NCBI GenBank assembly: GCA_040183005.1
Contig: JAMPIW010000007.1
Span: 798,188 to 862,187, forward strand
Direction of reading: 5' to 3'
Length of the DNA: 64,000 nt
From: Gammaproteobacteria bacterium
Lineage (GTDB): Bacteria > Pseudomonadota > Gammaproteobacteria > Ga0077554 > Ga007554
Shown one piece after another: positions 42,328-51,315 of this stretch. Position 1 is the stretch's first letter. Every line of letters begins with the position of its first letter. The notes under the pieces are model-generated. The model saw only the letters and a program-made list of their open reading frames with translations. It did not search any database and was not told where the DNA came from. The translations under genes were made by a program, and so were the position numbers.

Positions 42328-43695
42328 TTATCTTTTTGGGAAAACTACAAAATCTAATGGTTCTCGCAACCCGCTAATTTCGGCATAAATTTTTTCAGTC
42401 GATGGGTCAAGCAATAACACTCGATCATTACCTGTATCAGCGATCAGCCACGCTCCCTTATATGGCCCAGTAGTTATCTCCTCGACATGACCAGGGAAAC
42501 GGAGTAGCCTGTAACCAATAGAACGAACTTCTTGACCCGTTTGCGGATCTAACTCTCTAATAACCCCCGCATGCTCATCGGCAACAAGCAAAGTATCTCT
42601 ATCGGTTAAGCTGATCCCATTTGGATATGTAAAGCCAAGCCAGTAATAGCGGACTCGATATGTACGTGTATCCAGAACCACGATTCTATTATGCCCCCCA
42701 TCTGAAACATACAATTCTCCATTACCAAATTCTAATCCTCGCACGTCAGAAAATATGGGGGCTGTAAGCCTTCGTATCCTTTTTGTTGAGAATGTATATT
42801 CATACAATGCAGCCTTATTCCAATCCTTGAAGTCTTTATACCCAACAAAAAAAAGCTTGCCATTCGACTGTTTTATCTTTGTAGCAGCGTATCCGTCAAT
42901 TAAAACAGACAATCTTCCAGTCAACTTATCGTAAACATAAATTTTCCTGTGCCCTGGGGCGGATACTAGCAGAGGATCATTTTCACCACCGGCCACCGAA
43001 TAGAATGCCGTGTTGTAATCACCGCCTTCAGAAACAACAGTACCATTCCTTTCTATGTAATAGGCTCTTAATCCCAAATTGGTTGCAACAAAGAGATCAA
43101 AACCAATAGGCAAGATAGGATAGTTAACCCGCGGTTTCCCGGTGCTATAGTTTGCTGTAGTGTGTTCGCCAATCTGACCATCCTCGTACATTATATAATC
43201 AACAGGCGAGCGCGTTTCTCTTGACAACGGAGCGCTCGACTCTATAGTCAAATTAATCTCACGCAAGGCATTCGCCAAGTCTTCAGATTTAACGCTTTTA
43301 GGTCTCAAGATGATTACATGATCCTTTTTCTCCATATACTTAATACCATTCGCAGACAATGCGTCACGTATTACAGTCAATTCAAAACAATGTTTATCCT
43401 TGCTCAGTAACGATGCACGGTAGTTTTCACCCCCCGCACCTTTGGCTAATACAACGTCAGCGCCTTTGGGTGAAATGGATTTCACCCCCACCGGCAGCCA
43501 TACGCTTTCGCATTGGCTGCGGTACGCCGAGTCATATATTCGTACCCCATCTATGCTATAGCGCCCAGATAAGCCATTCTTCGGCGACACAGGGGCTGCC
43601 GCCTGTACGGCCCAAGTTGAGATCATTAGACAAATAAGCAATATCCCCCGAAGGGATGGTCTATATAAAAGCATTCTTTTTGCCCTTGCCTTCAA
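42328..43695 (-). CDS. Secreted NHL-repeat / beta-propeller protein
   Basis: It has a signal peptide (…TWAVQAAAP) and C-terminal NHL-like repeats (GISLTDRDTLLVADEHAGVIRELD; GAWLIADTGNDRVLLLD). It lies in the AT-rich block. Confidence 0.55.
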   Translation of the reverse strand: MKARAKRMLLYRPSLRGILLICLMISTWAVQAAAPVSPKNGLSGRYSIDGVRIYDSAYRSQCESVWLPVGVKSISPKGADVVLAKGAGGENYRASLLSKDKHCFELTVIRDALSANGIKYMEKKDHVIILRPKSVKSEDLANALREINLTIESSAPLSRETRSPVDYIMYEDGQIGEHTTANYSTGKPRVNYPILPIGFDLFVATNLGLRAYYIERNGTVVSEGGDYNTAFYSVAGGENDPLLVSAPGHRKIYVYDKLTGRLSVLIDGYAATKIKQSNGKLFFVGYKDFKDWNKAALYEYTFSTKRIRRLTAPIFSDVRGLEFGNGELYVSDGGHNRIVVLDTRTYRVRYYWLGFTYPNGISLTDRDTLLVADEHAGVIRELDPQTGQEVRSIGYRLLRFPGHVEEITTGPYKGAWLIADTGNDRVLLLDPSTEKIYAEISGLREPLDFVVFPKR

Positions 43696-43785
43696 TTTTA
43701 CCCCTCAACATAAGGTTGCACCCACTTGCAATGTCCGACCCAAGACAGGTCACTTCGCGGCACGCACTGGCTACCACAAGGAACT

Positions 43786-44808
43786 CTACGCCACTCCAGG
43801 GCTATTGGCGGCTTCTCGCCCCCGCTTCGTTTTCCATGGCTCGGCGATTGACTGACGAGGAAACTTCAAATGCTCAAAGCTCACCATACCAAGCATCATC
43901 ACTGGAGGAATGGCCATAACTAACGTTGAATAGCCAAACATTCCACCCACTAAAGAGATAACAGTAGCATATGCTGGTAGCCTCACTATTGGAAAGAATG
44001 CCCCTAACACAACAGCAAACATTATAAATAGAGCCAACACTACCAAACTCAACACCACTACCACCCAATCAGCTATATGGAAAATTATTCCGGCACCATG
44101 GGTCAACATATCCCAAAGACCATCAAATCCATCACCATAAAAATCAAGGTTTTTCATCATCAGCTTATCCAGCAATGGCAGCATCATCAGCATCGCCATT
44201 CCAAACAATAAAAATACTCTCCAATCTCTCACTGATAATCTACCTTGGCCAAGACTCCCCAGAATACGACAGCACCACCAACCATAGAATGTTATAATTA
44301 CCACTATAAAAGTACCACTACTAACGCTGGCCAAAAAGAAAGCTAACAGCACCCGTGCTGTTAGCTCACTCGACCCTAGGAGTCTATGATCCCAAGCCAC
44401 CATGGTATGTAGTAACAAAGCCATCCCCATGAGGGCAAAGGCAATCCGACCGTGCATAAATCCAGAAAGCACCATGAAAAAAGCTGATGCAGTGATCAAC
44501 AGACCCCAGCTTTTACGACTATGCAACAACATCCGGGCCGTATCGGTTACATTGACTGCTATAAAAATAATCAGCAATGCCACCAATTGAGAAAAAAGCC
44601 AATTGGTAGAGAAGCCTGTTAGATCACTTAACAGAAAAATCGGCAACACCAGCGCATAACGCAAGCCATGCGGGTGCAAGATTAAATCAGTGATATCTGT
44701 TTCACGCCCCCATAATTCTAGAACCTGGGGCCAGATCTCAAACTCAACAAACCCCATCCATACCCAACTAATATAGAGTGCGACCATGAACCACCAAAGC
44801 GCACGCAT
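43786..44808 (-). CDS. Polytopic membrane protein, putative O-unit polymerase (Wzy-like)
   Basis: It has about 10 predicted TM segments with one larger loop, at about 340 aa. The context is a polysaccharide locus. No sequence-level family proof. Confidence 0.45.
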   Translation of the reverse strand: MRALWWFMVALYISWVWMGFVEFEIWPQVLELWGRETDITDLILHPHGLRYALVLPIFLLSDLTGFSTNWLFSQLVALLIIFIAVNVTDTARMLLHSRKSWGLLITASAFFMVLSGFMHGRIAFALMGMALLLHTMVAWDHRLLGSSELTARVLLAFFLASVSSGTFIVVIITFYGWWCCRILGSLGQGRLSVRDWRVFLLFGMAMLMMLPLLDKLMMKNLDFYGDGFDGLWDMLTHGAGIIFHIADWVVVVLSLVVLALFIMFAVVLGAFFPIVRLPAYATVISLVGGMFGYSTLVMAIPPVMMLGMVSFEHLKFPRQSIAEPWKTKRGREAANSPGVA

Positions 44809-44879
44809 TTTTCCTTGGCCAGACTTGGCTTTCGAGCTTCTTCCATTAAGCCAAGCGCGAGCAGGTATTGGCGTGACGC

Positions 44880-46691
44880 TCATATTAAATCGCTTAAAAC
44901 CGGGTACCCCTGCCGGTTTTTATCCATGAAAATCCGATGCCAAATTTCCACCGCCAGCAATGCACGAATCTCTCGCGTAAAATTGGCGCTGCCATTCTGA
45001 TGAGAAACGAGCATAGAATGGACACACTCAGCATCAAATATCTTTCTGTCAACACTTCTCTGAGACAGCAGGAGATCGTGACAATATTCCGCCAGTTCAT
45101 TCTTAAACCATTCTCCCACCGGCACAGTAAACATTTGTTTTTTTCGGTACGCTAAAGTGTCACCAATAAGTGGGGTTACAGCTTTTTTGTAGACGTACTT
45201 TGTTTCACCATCGCGCAGCTTGAAATGCCCTGGCATGCGGAACGCGAATTCCATCATGCGATAGTCAAGAAAGGGGGTGCGGGCCTCTAGCGATACCGCC
45301 ATACCCATGCGGTCAGGCTTGACTAGATTATTGCCTGGCAACAGTAACATCATGTCAATATATAGCGCCTGATTTAGGCGATCCATATGCGCCGCCTTAT
45401 TGTATAGCGGACGCACCACTTCGTAGGAGTCAATCCCGGCGACTTTGGTGGCAAACTCAGGCGTATACAGCACCATCTTTTTGTCATTGGTGAAGAGGCT
45501 GATATTTTGGTAATAGGCGTGCTGAAACGCCTCGTTACTCAGCGCTTGCACTGAGTCGTCACCGAAAAAGTCCCGATATTTATCATATCCGGCAAATAAC
45601 TCATCTGCGCCATCCCCTGTCAGCACCACCTTGACGTGCTTGGCCGCGAGACTGGAAACCCGGTACGTCGGAAGGAACGAGATATCGCCGTGTGGCTGAT
45701 CACAGAAATAGGTTGTCAGAGGCCATAAATCAAGCATGTTGGCATCTACCCGCTCCATCACATGATGGGCGCCAAAACGATCAGCTGCGGCCTGAGCGAA
45801 TGGCGCCTCATCGAAGCGAGGGTCATGAAAACCGATACAGAAGGTATCAACCGGCTTGTCCATATGACGCGCCATGAGGCCAACAACCGTGCTGGAGTCA
45901 ACACCGCCGGACAGGAATGCACCAAATGGCACATCTGAACGCAAGCGCAAACGCACGGCATCGTCCAGGATGGCATTGAATTCGTCGATCCACGCACTCT
46001 CATCCTTCTCCTCGGCGCGCATCTTCGCCAGATCCCACCAGCATACCGTCTCCTGATTATTGCGCTGAATACGCATGAGATGCCCTGGCATTAGATGTTG
46101 AACGCCCTTAAACATCGTGTGCGGTGGTGGGACGTAGTTGTATGTGAGGTAATGGTGCAAGGCCTCTGGATTCATTTCCCTTGGAATGTCTGCCCGCAGG
46201 AGGGCCTTGATCTCAGAGGCAAAAAGCAGGCGGCGACCATCGTCGTAGAGAAACAGCGGCTTCACACCGACTCTATCACGGATCAAATAGAGCGCATCCT
46301 GGCGACCATCGTAGATAGCGATGCTGAACATGCCATTAAGCCGCGACACGAAATCGATACCATCGCGTTCGTACAGCCGCAGCAACACCTCGGTGTCGGA
46401 GTGGGTTTGACAAGGATAGCCATCTTTCGCCAGCTCACTGGCAAGCTCAACATGGTTAAAGATTTCGCCATTCTGCACCACTGAGATCATGCCATCAGCG
46501 GACACAAACGGCTGATGACCACCAGCAATATCAATGATGGAAAGTCGCTGATTACCTATCGCCACGCCATCGGCGGAAAAGATCCCGCAGTCATCTGGGC
46601 CACGATGGGCAATCGACTCTCCCATCGCTTTCAGAACCTCGGCATCGAGTTGCTTGCGGGCTCGATCAAAATAACCGAAGATGCCACACAC
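44880..46691 (-). CDS. Asparagine synthetase (glutamine-hydrolysing) homologue, polysaccharide-locus type (WbpS-like)
   Basis: MCGIFGYF, SGGVDSS PP-loop, 603 aa. It is the second AsnB paralogue in the window. Confidence 0.85.
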   Translation of the reverse strand: MCGIFGYFDRARKQLDAEVLKAMGESIAHRGPDDCGIFSADGVAIGNQRLSIIDIAGGHQPFVSADGMISVVQNGEIFNHVELASELAKDGYPCQTHSDTEVLLRLYERDGIDFVSRLNGMFSIAIYDGRQDALYLIRDRVGVKPLFLYDDGRRLLFASEIKALLRADIPREMNPEALHHYLTYNYVPPPHTMFKGVQHLMPGHLMRIQRNNQETVCWWDLAKMRAEEKDESAWIDEFNAILDDAVRLRLRSDVPFGAFLSGGVDSSTVVGLMARHMDKPVDTFCIGFHDPRFDEAPFAQAAADRFGAHHVMERVDANMLDLWPLTTYFCDQPHGDISFLPTYRVSSLAAKHVKVVLTGDGADELFAGYDKYRDFFGDDSVQALSNEAFQHAYYQNISLFTNDKKMVLYTPEFATKVAGIDSYEVVRPLYNKAAHMDRLNQALYIDMMLLLPGNNLVKPDRMGMAVSLEARTPFLDYRMMEFAFRMPGHFKLRDGETKYVYKKAVTPLIGDTLAYRKKQMFTVPVGEWFKNELAEYCHDLLLSQRSVDRKIFDAECVHSMLVSHQNGSANFTREIRALLAVEIWHRIFMDKNRQGYPVLSDLI

Positions 46692-46692
46692 T

Positions 46693-47247
46693 CTAATTTC
46701 CCCCTTTCAACAAGACCTGTCGCACCGTCAACAGCAGTATCCACACATCAAACCAGAGTGATGCTCGACGCACATATTCGAGATCCAGTGCCTTGCGCTG
46801 TTCTTCCGTACCTGCGGAACGTATAGTGGCCTGAGCTAAGCCCGTAATTCCCGGCCGGACCGAATGCCGCTCTTGCCACTCGGCGTCAGTATACAAGATT
46901 CGCTGCGCGGGCACATCGGGGCGCGGCCCTACCAGGCTCATATCTCCCTTCAACACATTGATAAGCTGCGGCAATTCATCCAAACTGGTGCGACGGATAA
47001 ATCGACCAATGTAAGTGATGCGAGGATCATGGTCTGTGGTGTAATAAGGTCCAATTTTGCTGGCCTCCTTGACCATGCTGCGAAACTTGAGAATATTGAA
47101 GATTTTTCCTTGATGCCCGATGCGTTCCTGGCGAAACAACACCCCACCAGGCGACCCAAGCGCGATGGCAACAGACACCACCAACAGAATGGGGGACGCC
47201 AAGATCAGCAAAACCGAAGAAACCATGACATCGAATAGCCGCTTCAT
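46693..47247 (-). CDS. Small monotopic phosphoglycosyl transferase (PglC/WbaP C-domain family; initiating sugar-1-P transferase)
   Basis: It has the MKRLFDVMVSSVLLILASPIL re-entrant helix, the DELPQLINVLKGDMSLVGPRP catalytic motif, and 184 aa. Confidence 0.8.
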   Translation of the reverse strand: MKRLFDVMVSSVLLILASPILLVVSVAIALGSPGGVLFRQERIGHQGKIFNILKFRSMVKEASKIGPYYTTDHDPRITYIGRFIRRTSLDELPQLINVLKGDMSLVGPRPDVPAQRILYTDAEWQERHSVRPGITGLAQATIRSAGTEEQRKALDLEYVRRASLWFDVWILLLTVRQVLLKGGN

Positions 47248-48077
47248 TTAACCCTGCGTCGCTTGATATTCTGCGCGATTGCCGCAACGATATCGACAAC
47301 GGCACGCTGATCGCGCTGTGCTGCCTCTTCCGTACGCTGCTTAAATGATTCCTCGGCCTCACGCAACTTACAAATCTCTTCCTTAAAATCCATATGCGCC
47401 TGTAGCTCACTGACCTCTTGACTCTGGCGGTGAAAAGTGCGCGAGAGAATAACCGATGACGAGCCTAGACGCATATGTTCAGCCAAGATCATTTCCGCGG
47501 ACAACAAGCCTTCGCCCACCCGAGCAATGCCTCCAAAACCAAAAGGTAAGTTGGCTGCTTTGATGATTTTGGCCATACTCTCAACCATCCCATTGGCCAA
47601 TAGTTCAAACATGAAATCAAGCCCTAGGCAAAGGTGTAAATCATTGAGTCCAATGTATACTTCTGCGACACCACTGACATCTACCAACTCAGGGAGGGTA
47701 GCCATGGCCTCCAGAGTTTCCACCAGAGGTATTACCCCCGCCCGCCCATTGACCCGCTCGCAAAAATCGCGAACCTCTTGTACGCGAGTAAACATGGGCA
47801 GCATCAACAAATCCGCTCCTGCCGAGATTGCCGCCTCGATTTCTTGGTCAGTCCCAGCGTTATAGGGGTTAAGGCGCACCAGTAGTTCAGAGCCCGGTAT
47901 GGCCAACCGCACACGCTGCACATCCTGGATAGAGTGCCGACTAATCAGGGTGTCCAAATGTCCTTGACGCTCCTGCTTCCCCAGCACTTCCAGATCGACA
48001 AATATCCGGTTTACGCCACTCTCAACAGCGAATTGCGCCATTTCGGGATTATTCGTTATTAACATCAGCTTAATCAT
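47244..48077 (-). CDS. HpcH/HpaI-family aldolase / citrate-lyase-beta-like TIM-barrel protein
   Basis: It has the typical fold sequence (…VRLNPYNAG…LLMLPMF…EVYIGLNDL). Start ATG 48077 lies 4 bp after the flippase stop. Confidence 0.6.
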   Translation of the reverse strand: MIKLMLITNNPEMAQFAVESGVNRIFVDLEVLGKQERQGHLDTLISRHSIQDVQRVRLAIPGSELLVRLNPYNAGTDQEIEAAISAGADLLMLPMFTRVQEVRDFCERVNGRAGVIPLVETLEAMATLPELVDVSGVAEVYIGLNDLHLCLGLDFMFELLANGMVESMAKIIKAANLPFGFGGIARVGEGLLSAEMILAEHMRLGSSSVILSRTFHRQSQEVSELQAHMDFKEEICKLREAEESFKQRTEEAAQRDQRAVVDIVAAIAQNIKRRRVK

Positions 48078-49599
48078 GTGATCGCTTCTTAATAATATCA
48101 AAAATAAATGCTCGATAAGTTGTTGTTGCCATTATCCCGGAGATCATTAACAAAACAACGCCGACACCGGCCCATATTACATTGCCCAACCGCCCTTGAT
48201 CCGACATGGCTGAGAGCGCCGCAATAGGAGAAAACACAATGAGCGATGCCAAAATGATCTTCACCACCCCTAAATTCAGCAAGGCACTTCCTATCGAAAT
48301 ATTGTGTCTCGCTCTCAAAACCACAATATGCAAGACCATGATAATCCAATAGCTTGCAGTCATCGCTGCCATCAACCCCGGCAAACCATAAGCATGACCT
48401 GCCAGCCAACTCGCAGGCAGAAAGCACATTATCGCACCAATATTAATGTAAAAAGGTGTCGCCGTATCCCGCTTAGCATTGAAAGCGGCAACCACCAAAC
48501 TAGAAACGCCCTGAGCAGGCAACGAAAGAAATCCAATGGCAGCCAGAACACCGATACTATTCACCGCCTCTTTCGACATTTTTCCCCAACCAAAGGCCAG
48601 TCTTGACAAGTCAGCGCTGAACCAGGCCATAGATATCATCATTGAAAATGAGAGAATAAGTACAATCGTTACGCCTTCATGCAGGATTTTTTTGCTTTCG
48701 ATGGATGATGAATCCTTCGCAAAGCCCTCAGCCAATCGCGGAAATAAGAGCACGGCTAGTAGGGTAATACTGACGCCAAGAGGAAACTCCACCAATTTGG
48801 TCGCATAGTTGAATGTCGCCAATGCTCCCTCATCGTTAAATGATGCCATCGCTCTTGCAACAACGGGAAAGAGAAGAAGCAAACTGCCAGCACCCAGCGC
48901 CTGGCAATAATGGATAAGCAACGGATGAGAAATCAAGCTAGGGCGAAAACTCCCTGATCTCAAATATGATCTGGGCAAACATACAAGCTGAGAAAACCAG
49001 CGGAGTAATCCCCCAAGAATCACAAACCCACATAGTAGCCGTAAGGAATCCTCATCGCTCACGAAGAAAAATAACCCAACAATCACTACGATGTTGAAGA
49101 TTAGCGTTCCGAAAGCGGGCGCGGTAAAACGCTCGTGCGCCTGCAGATAGGCGGTGCTCACCCCCGCAAGGGCCGTCAGCGGAATCACCCACAACACGTA
49201 TTTAATAACATCAGCCGCGCGTGATGCTGTATCCGGAGAAAACCCTGGGGCAACCAAATGGATCAGCTGCTGGGAAAATATCATCAGGAACGCGGCCAGG
49301 AGCAGAAAAACCCCGCCAATCATGATACTTGATTGCAGAAATAAACTAACGCCCTCGCTCGGGCTCAGCCGCTTGAATTCAGGTATCAATGCAACGGAGA
49401 GCGCACCGCCTACCAATATATTGACTAGCAAGTCTGGAACAGTGAGTATTAACACCGCTAAATCGGCGCTCTGACCGACCCCATAGGTTGCAGCAACGAA
49501 AGATTCCCGTACGAATCCAGATGCCCTACCCACCAAGACGGCAAACGACATCCATAGGCCTGCCTTGAGGAGCCCTCTATACAAACGCCACACTCTCAT
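48070..49599 (-). CDS. MOP-superfamily flippase (MurJ/MviN-like; candidate O-unit flippase)
   Basis: Sequence GRASGFVRESFVAATYGVGQSADLAVLILTVPDLLVNILVGGALSVALIPEF resembles the MurJ N-terminus. It has about 14 TM and is AT-rich. Confidence 0.7.
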   Translation of the reverse strand: MRVWRLYRGLLKAGLWMSFAVLVGRASGFVRESFVAATYGVGQSADLAVLILTVPDLLVNILVGGALSVALIPEFKRLSPSEGVSLFLQSSIMIGGVFLLLAAFLMIFSQQLIHLVAPGFSPDTASRAADVIKYVLWVIPLTALAGVSTAYLQAHERFTAPAFGTLIFNIVVIVGLFFFVSDEDSLRLLCGFVILGGLLRWFSQLVCLPRSYLRSGSFRPSLISHPLLIHYCQALGAGSLLLLFPVVARAMASFNDEGALATFNYATKLVEFPLGVSITLLAVLLFPRLAEGFAKDSSSIESKKILHEGVTIVLILSFSMMISMAWFSADLSRLAFGWGKMSKEAVNSIGVLAAIGFLSLPAQGVSSLVVAAFNAKRDTATPFYINIGAIMCFLPASWLAGHAYGLPGLMAAMTASYWIIMVLHIVVLRARHNISIGSALLNLGVVKIILASLIVFSPIAALSAMSDQGRLGNVIWAGVGVVLLMISGIMATTTYRAFIFDIIKKRSHD

Positions 49600-49786
49600 T
49601 AATTGAAGAAATGGAATATGAAATTTCTGTTCTGCATATGCGGATCTTGATACAAGCGATCAATCCGACCGGTGTTGAACAGCGATACACGGCGCTTAAT
49701 GCCATGCACTTCATAATCCTGGTAGAGCCAGAAACGCGGCGAGGTAAGCCCCGTCTTGCCCGGTGACACCGGTAATTAATGCGCAT
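49600..49786 (-). pseudogene. gmd: Frameshifted 5' fragment of GDP-mannose 4,6-dehydratase (gmd), about 62 codons
   Basis: Translating the minus strand from the ATG at 49786 gives (M)RI/ALITGVTGQDGAYLAAFL, then a 1-nt frameshift, then DYEVHGIKRRVSLFNTGRIDRLYQDPH… This is collinear with the Gmd N-terminus. The homology stops at the murJ-like start. Confidence 0.65.
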
Positions 49787-49848
49787 CCTGCCATCTTTAT
49801 CTATTTCACTCTATTTCTAATGGTTGGCGGTGTCCACCCTGTGCGAAT

Positions 49849-50034
49849 TCATACGCCATTCCAAACCTCTTCTTCGACACGGGTCAGAACATCTTTTGCA
49901 AAACCCGCTGATTCTTGCAGCTTGGTGAGCATGAATTGGTTGGCTGCTGATGCTTCATTTATGTCCAACACTATTCCTTCGGTCAGCGCATCTACAGTAT
50001 TGGGAACAAAAATAGGGTCAAACTCGATTTCCAT
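49849..50034 (-). CDS. Small hypothetical protein (61 aa) with N-terminal EFDPIF motif; paralogue of 51569..51760
   Basis: MEIEFDPIFVPNTVDALTEG…. It shares protein and DNA similarity (aaaaatagggtcaaactcgatttc vs aaaaatgggatcaaactcgaattc) with the ORF at 51569-51760. Confidence 0.4.
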   Translation of the reverse strand: MEIEFDPIFVPNTVDALTEGIVLDINEASAANQFMLTKLQESAGFAKDVLTRVEEEVWNGV

Positions 50035-50038
50035 ATGC

Positions 50039-50528
50039 TTAGCCTCGCCCCCCAGTCTCGCCAGCCAATTCGAGTACGGATTGTATCAAGTTCTCGCTCA
50101 TAAAGACTGAACTGGCGGCAATTTGTTCGACCAAGGGAGCAACGCGAGGAATCAAACCGATTCGTTTGGCTTGAAGTAATACGCCCAGAGAGCCCACCGT
50201 TTTGATCTGGTTGATTTTCGCAACCTTACGACCGCGCCTGTCATTAATGAGTAGGTAGTCGGCAGCTACTTCCCTTGTAAAGCAGCATGGCTTGGGTTTC
50301 GCCAGCATCGGCAAAAGCATCCAGGTAAACATAACGCTGCATATCCACCGCACGAACCTTGCCGTGCAGATAGCTTCTCAGGCGAGCAGATTGGGGCCTA
50401 TCAACTGTAGTTACTTCAGAAAAAACGGCCTCGGGCACCAGCACGTTACCGAAGATTACTTCAAGCAAGGCGAGGCTGTCGCAGGTCGCGAGGGCGATCA
50501 GCGCAGAGGCATCTGCGACCAGAATCAT
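50039..50528 (-). pseudogene. PIN-domain toxin (DUF3368 family) disrupted by a single +1 frameshift
   Basis: The N-terminal part MILVADASALIALATCDSLALLEVIFGNVLVPEAVF…ETQAMLL (ORF 50244..50528) and the C-terminal part REVAADYLLINDRRGRKVAKINQIKTVGSLGVLLQAKRIGLI (ORF 50039..50353) are both collinear with DUF3368 PIN proteins. They join at a T-run near 50276-50283. Confidence 0.65.
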
Positions 50529-50776
50529 GTTGGGTCAAATCCAGCCAGTTCTTCAAGCAACTCATCGCGCGTGATGTCGATAATGGGTATCCGGTTTGTC
50601 TTGCAGATGCTCATGAAGTCATAAAGGTTGACCCCTGCCAGTTCTGCAGCTTTAGCAAGCGTTACCCTCTCTCGCTGGTAGAGCCAAAGGGCATAAGAAG
50701 TGCGAATTTCTTGCCGGATGTCGGGTACTGTCTGAAATGCGACAAAGTCATTGGGTAAGTCGATTGCTATTTGCAT
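50525..50776 (-). CDS. UPF0175-family antitoxin (partner of DUF3368 PIN toxin)
   Basis: MQIAIDLPNDFVAFQ…AKAAELAGV… It overlaps the toxin by 4 bp. The track ORF is N-extended. Confidence 0.7.
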   Translation of the reverse strand: MQIAIDLPNDFVAFQTVPDIRQEIRTSYALWLYQRERVTLAKAAELAGVNLYDFMSICKTNRIPIIDITRDELLEELAGFDPT

Positions 50777-50845
50777 GATGGGCCTCCAAATTGATGCGGA
50801 TTGAGGAATGCTGCCGAATATTCCATTCGATTTCAATTTTCATAA

Positions 50846-51091
50846 TCAGTGCGCTAGCCCCCTACTGCAATTCTTGATGGGCGGTTGCCAGTCATTCATC
50901 TCACCAGGATGCAAAAAGAAACGAACCCCTTCTTCGTGAGAACCACGATACAGGCGCTCAATCCGGTTCGGATTAAACAACAATCCACGGCGCTTGATAC
51001 CGTGCACTTCATAGCCCTTGTGGAGCAGAAACTCCGAGAGGTACGCCCTGCCTTGCCCGCTGACACCCATAATTAATACACACTCAGCCAT
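50846..51091 (-). pseudogene. gmd: In-frame 5' fragment of gmd (about 70 codons) followed by unrelated sequence
   Basis: MAECVLIMGVSGQGRAYLSEFLLHKGYEVHGIKRRGLLFNPNRIERLYRGSHEEGVRFFLHPGEMND is collinear with the Gmd N-terminus (Rossmann GxxGxxG, EVHGIKRR). It then diverges and stops. The DNA is similar to the 49600-49786 fragment. Confidence 0.7.
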
Positions 51092-51114
51092 GCTGTAAGC
51101 CGAACAGCCAATAC

Positions 51115-51315
51115 TCACGCCACTTCAAACTGCATCTGTTTCAGATTGGCTTGGGGGACACGATCTTTTGCCCTTAGAATTTCAATCCCCACGACTTGAT
51201 TATGCTCATTGAAGTCAAGGACAATTCCAGGTTGGACTTCCTGAGATTCTACGATTTTAGATTCATCAAGACGCATATATATCGCATCTGCCTTTTCATC
51301 AAAATGTACTCTCAT
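51115..51315 (-). CDS. DUF2283-family small protein (antitoxin-like partner of DUF4258)
   Basis: This 66-aa protein (MRVHFDEKADAIYMRLDE…GIVLDFNEHNQVVGIEIL) is typical of DUF2283. It overlaps the upstream DUF4258 ORF by 4 bp. Confidence 0.65.
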   Translation of the reverse strand: MRVHFDEKADAIYMRLDESKIVESQEVQPGIVLDFNEHNQVVGIEILRAKDRVPQANLKQMQFEVA

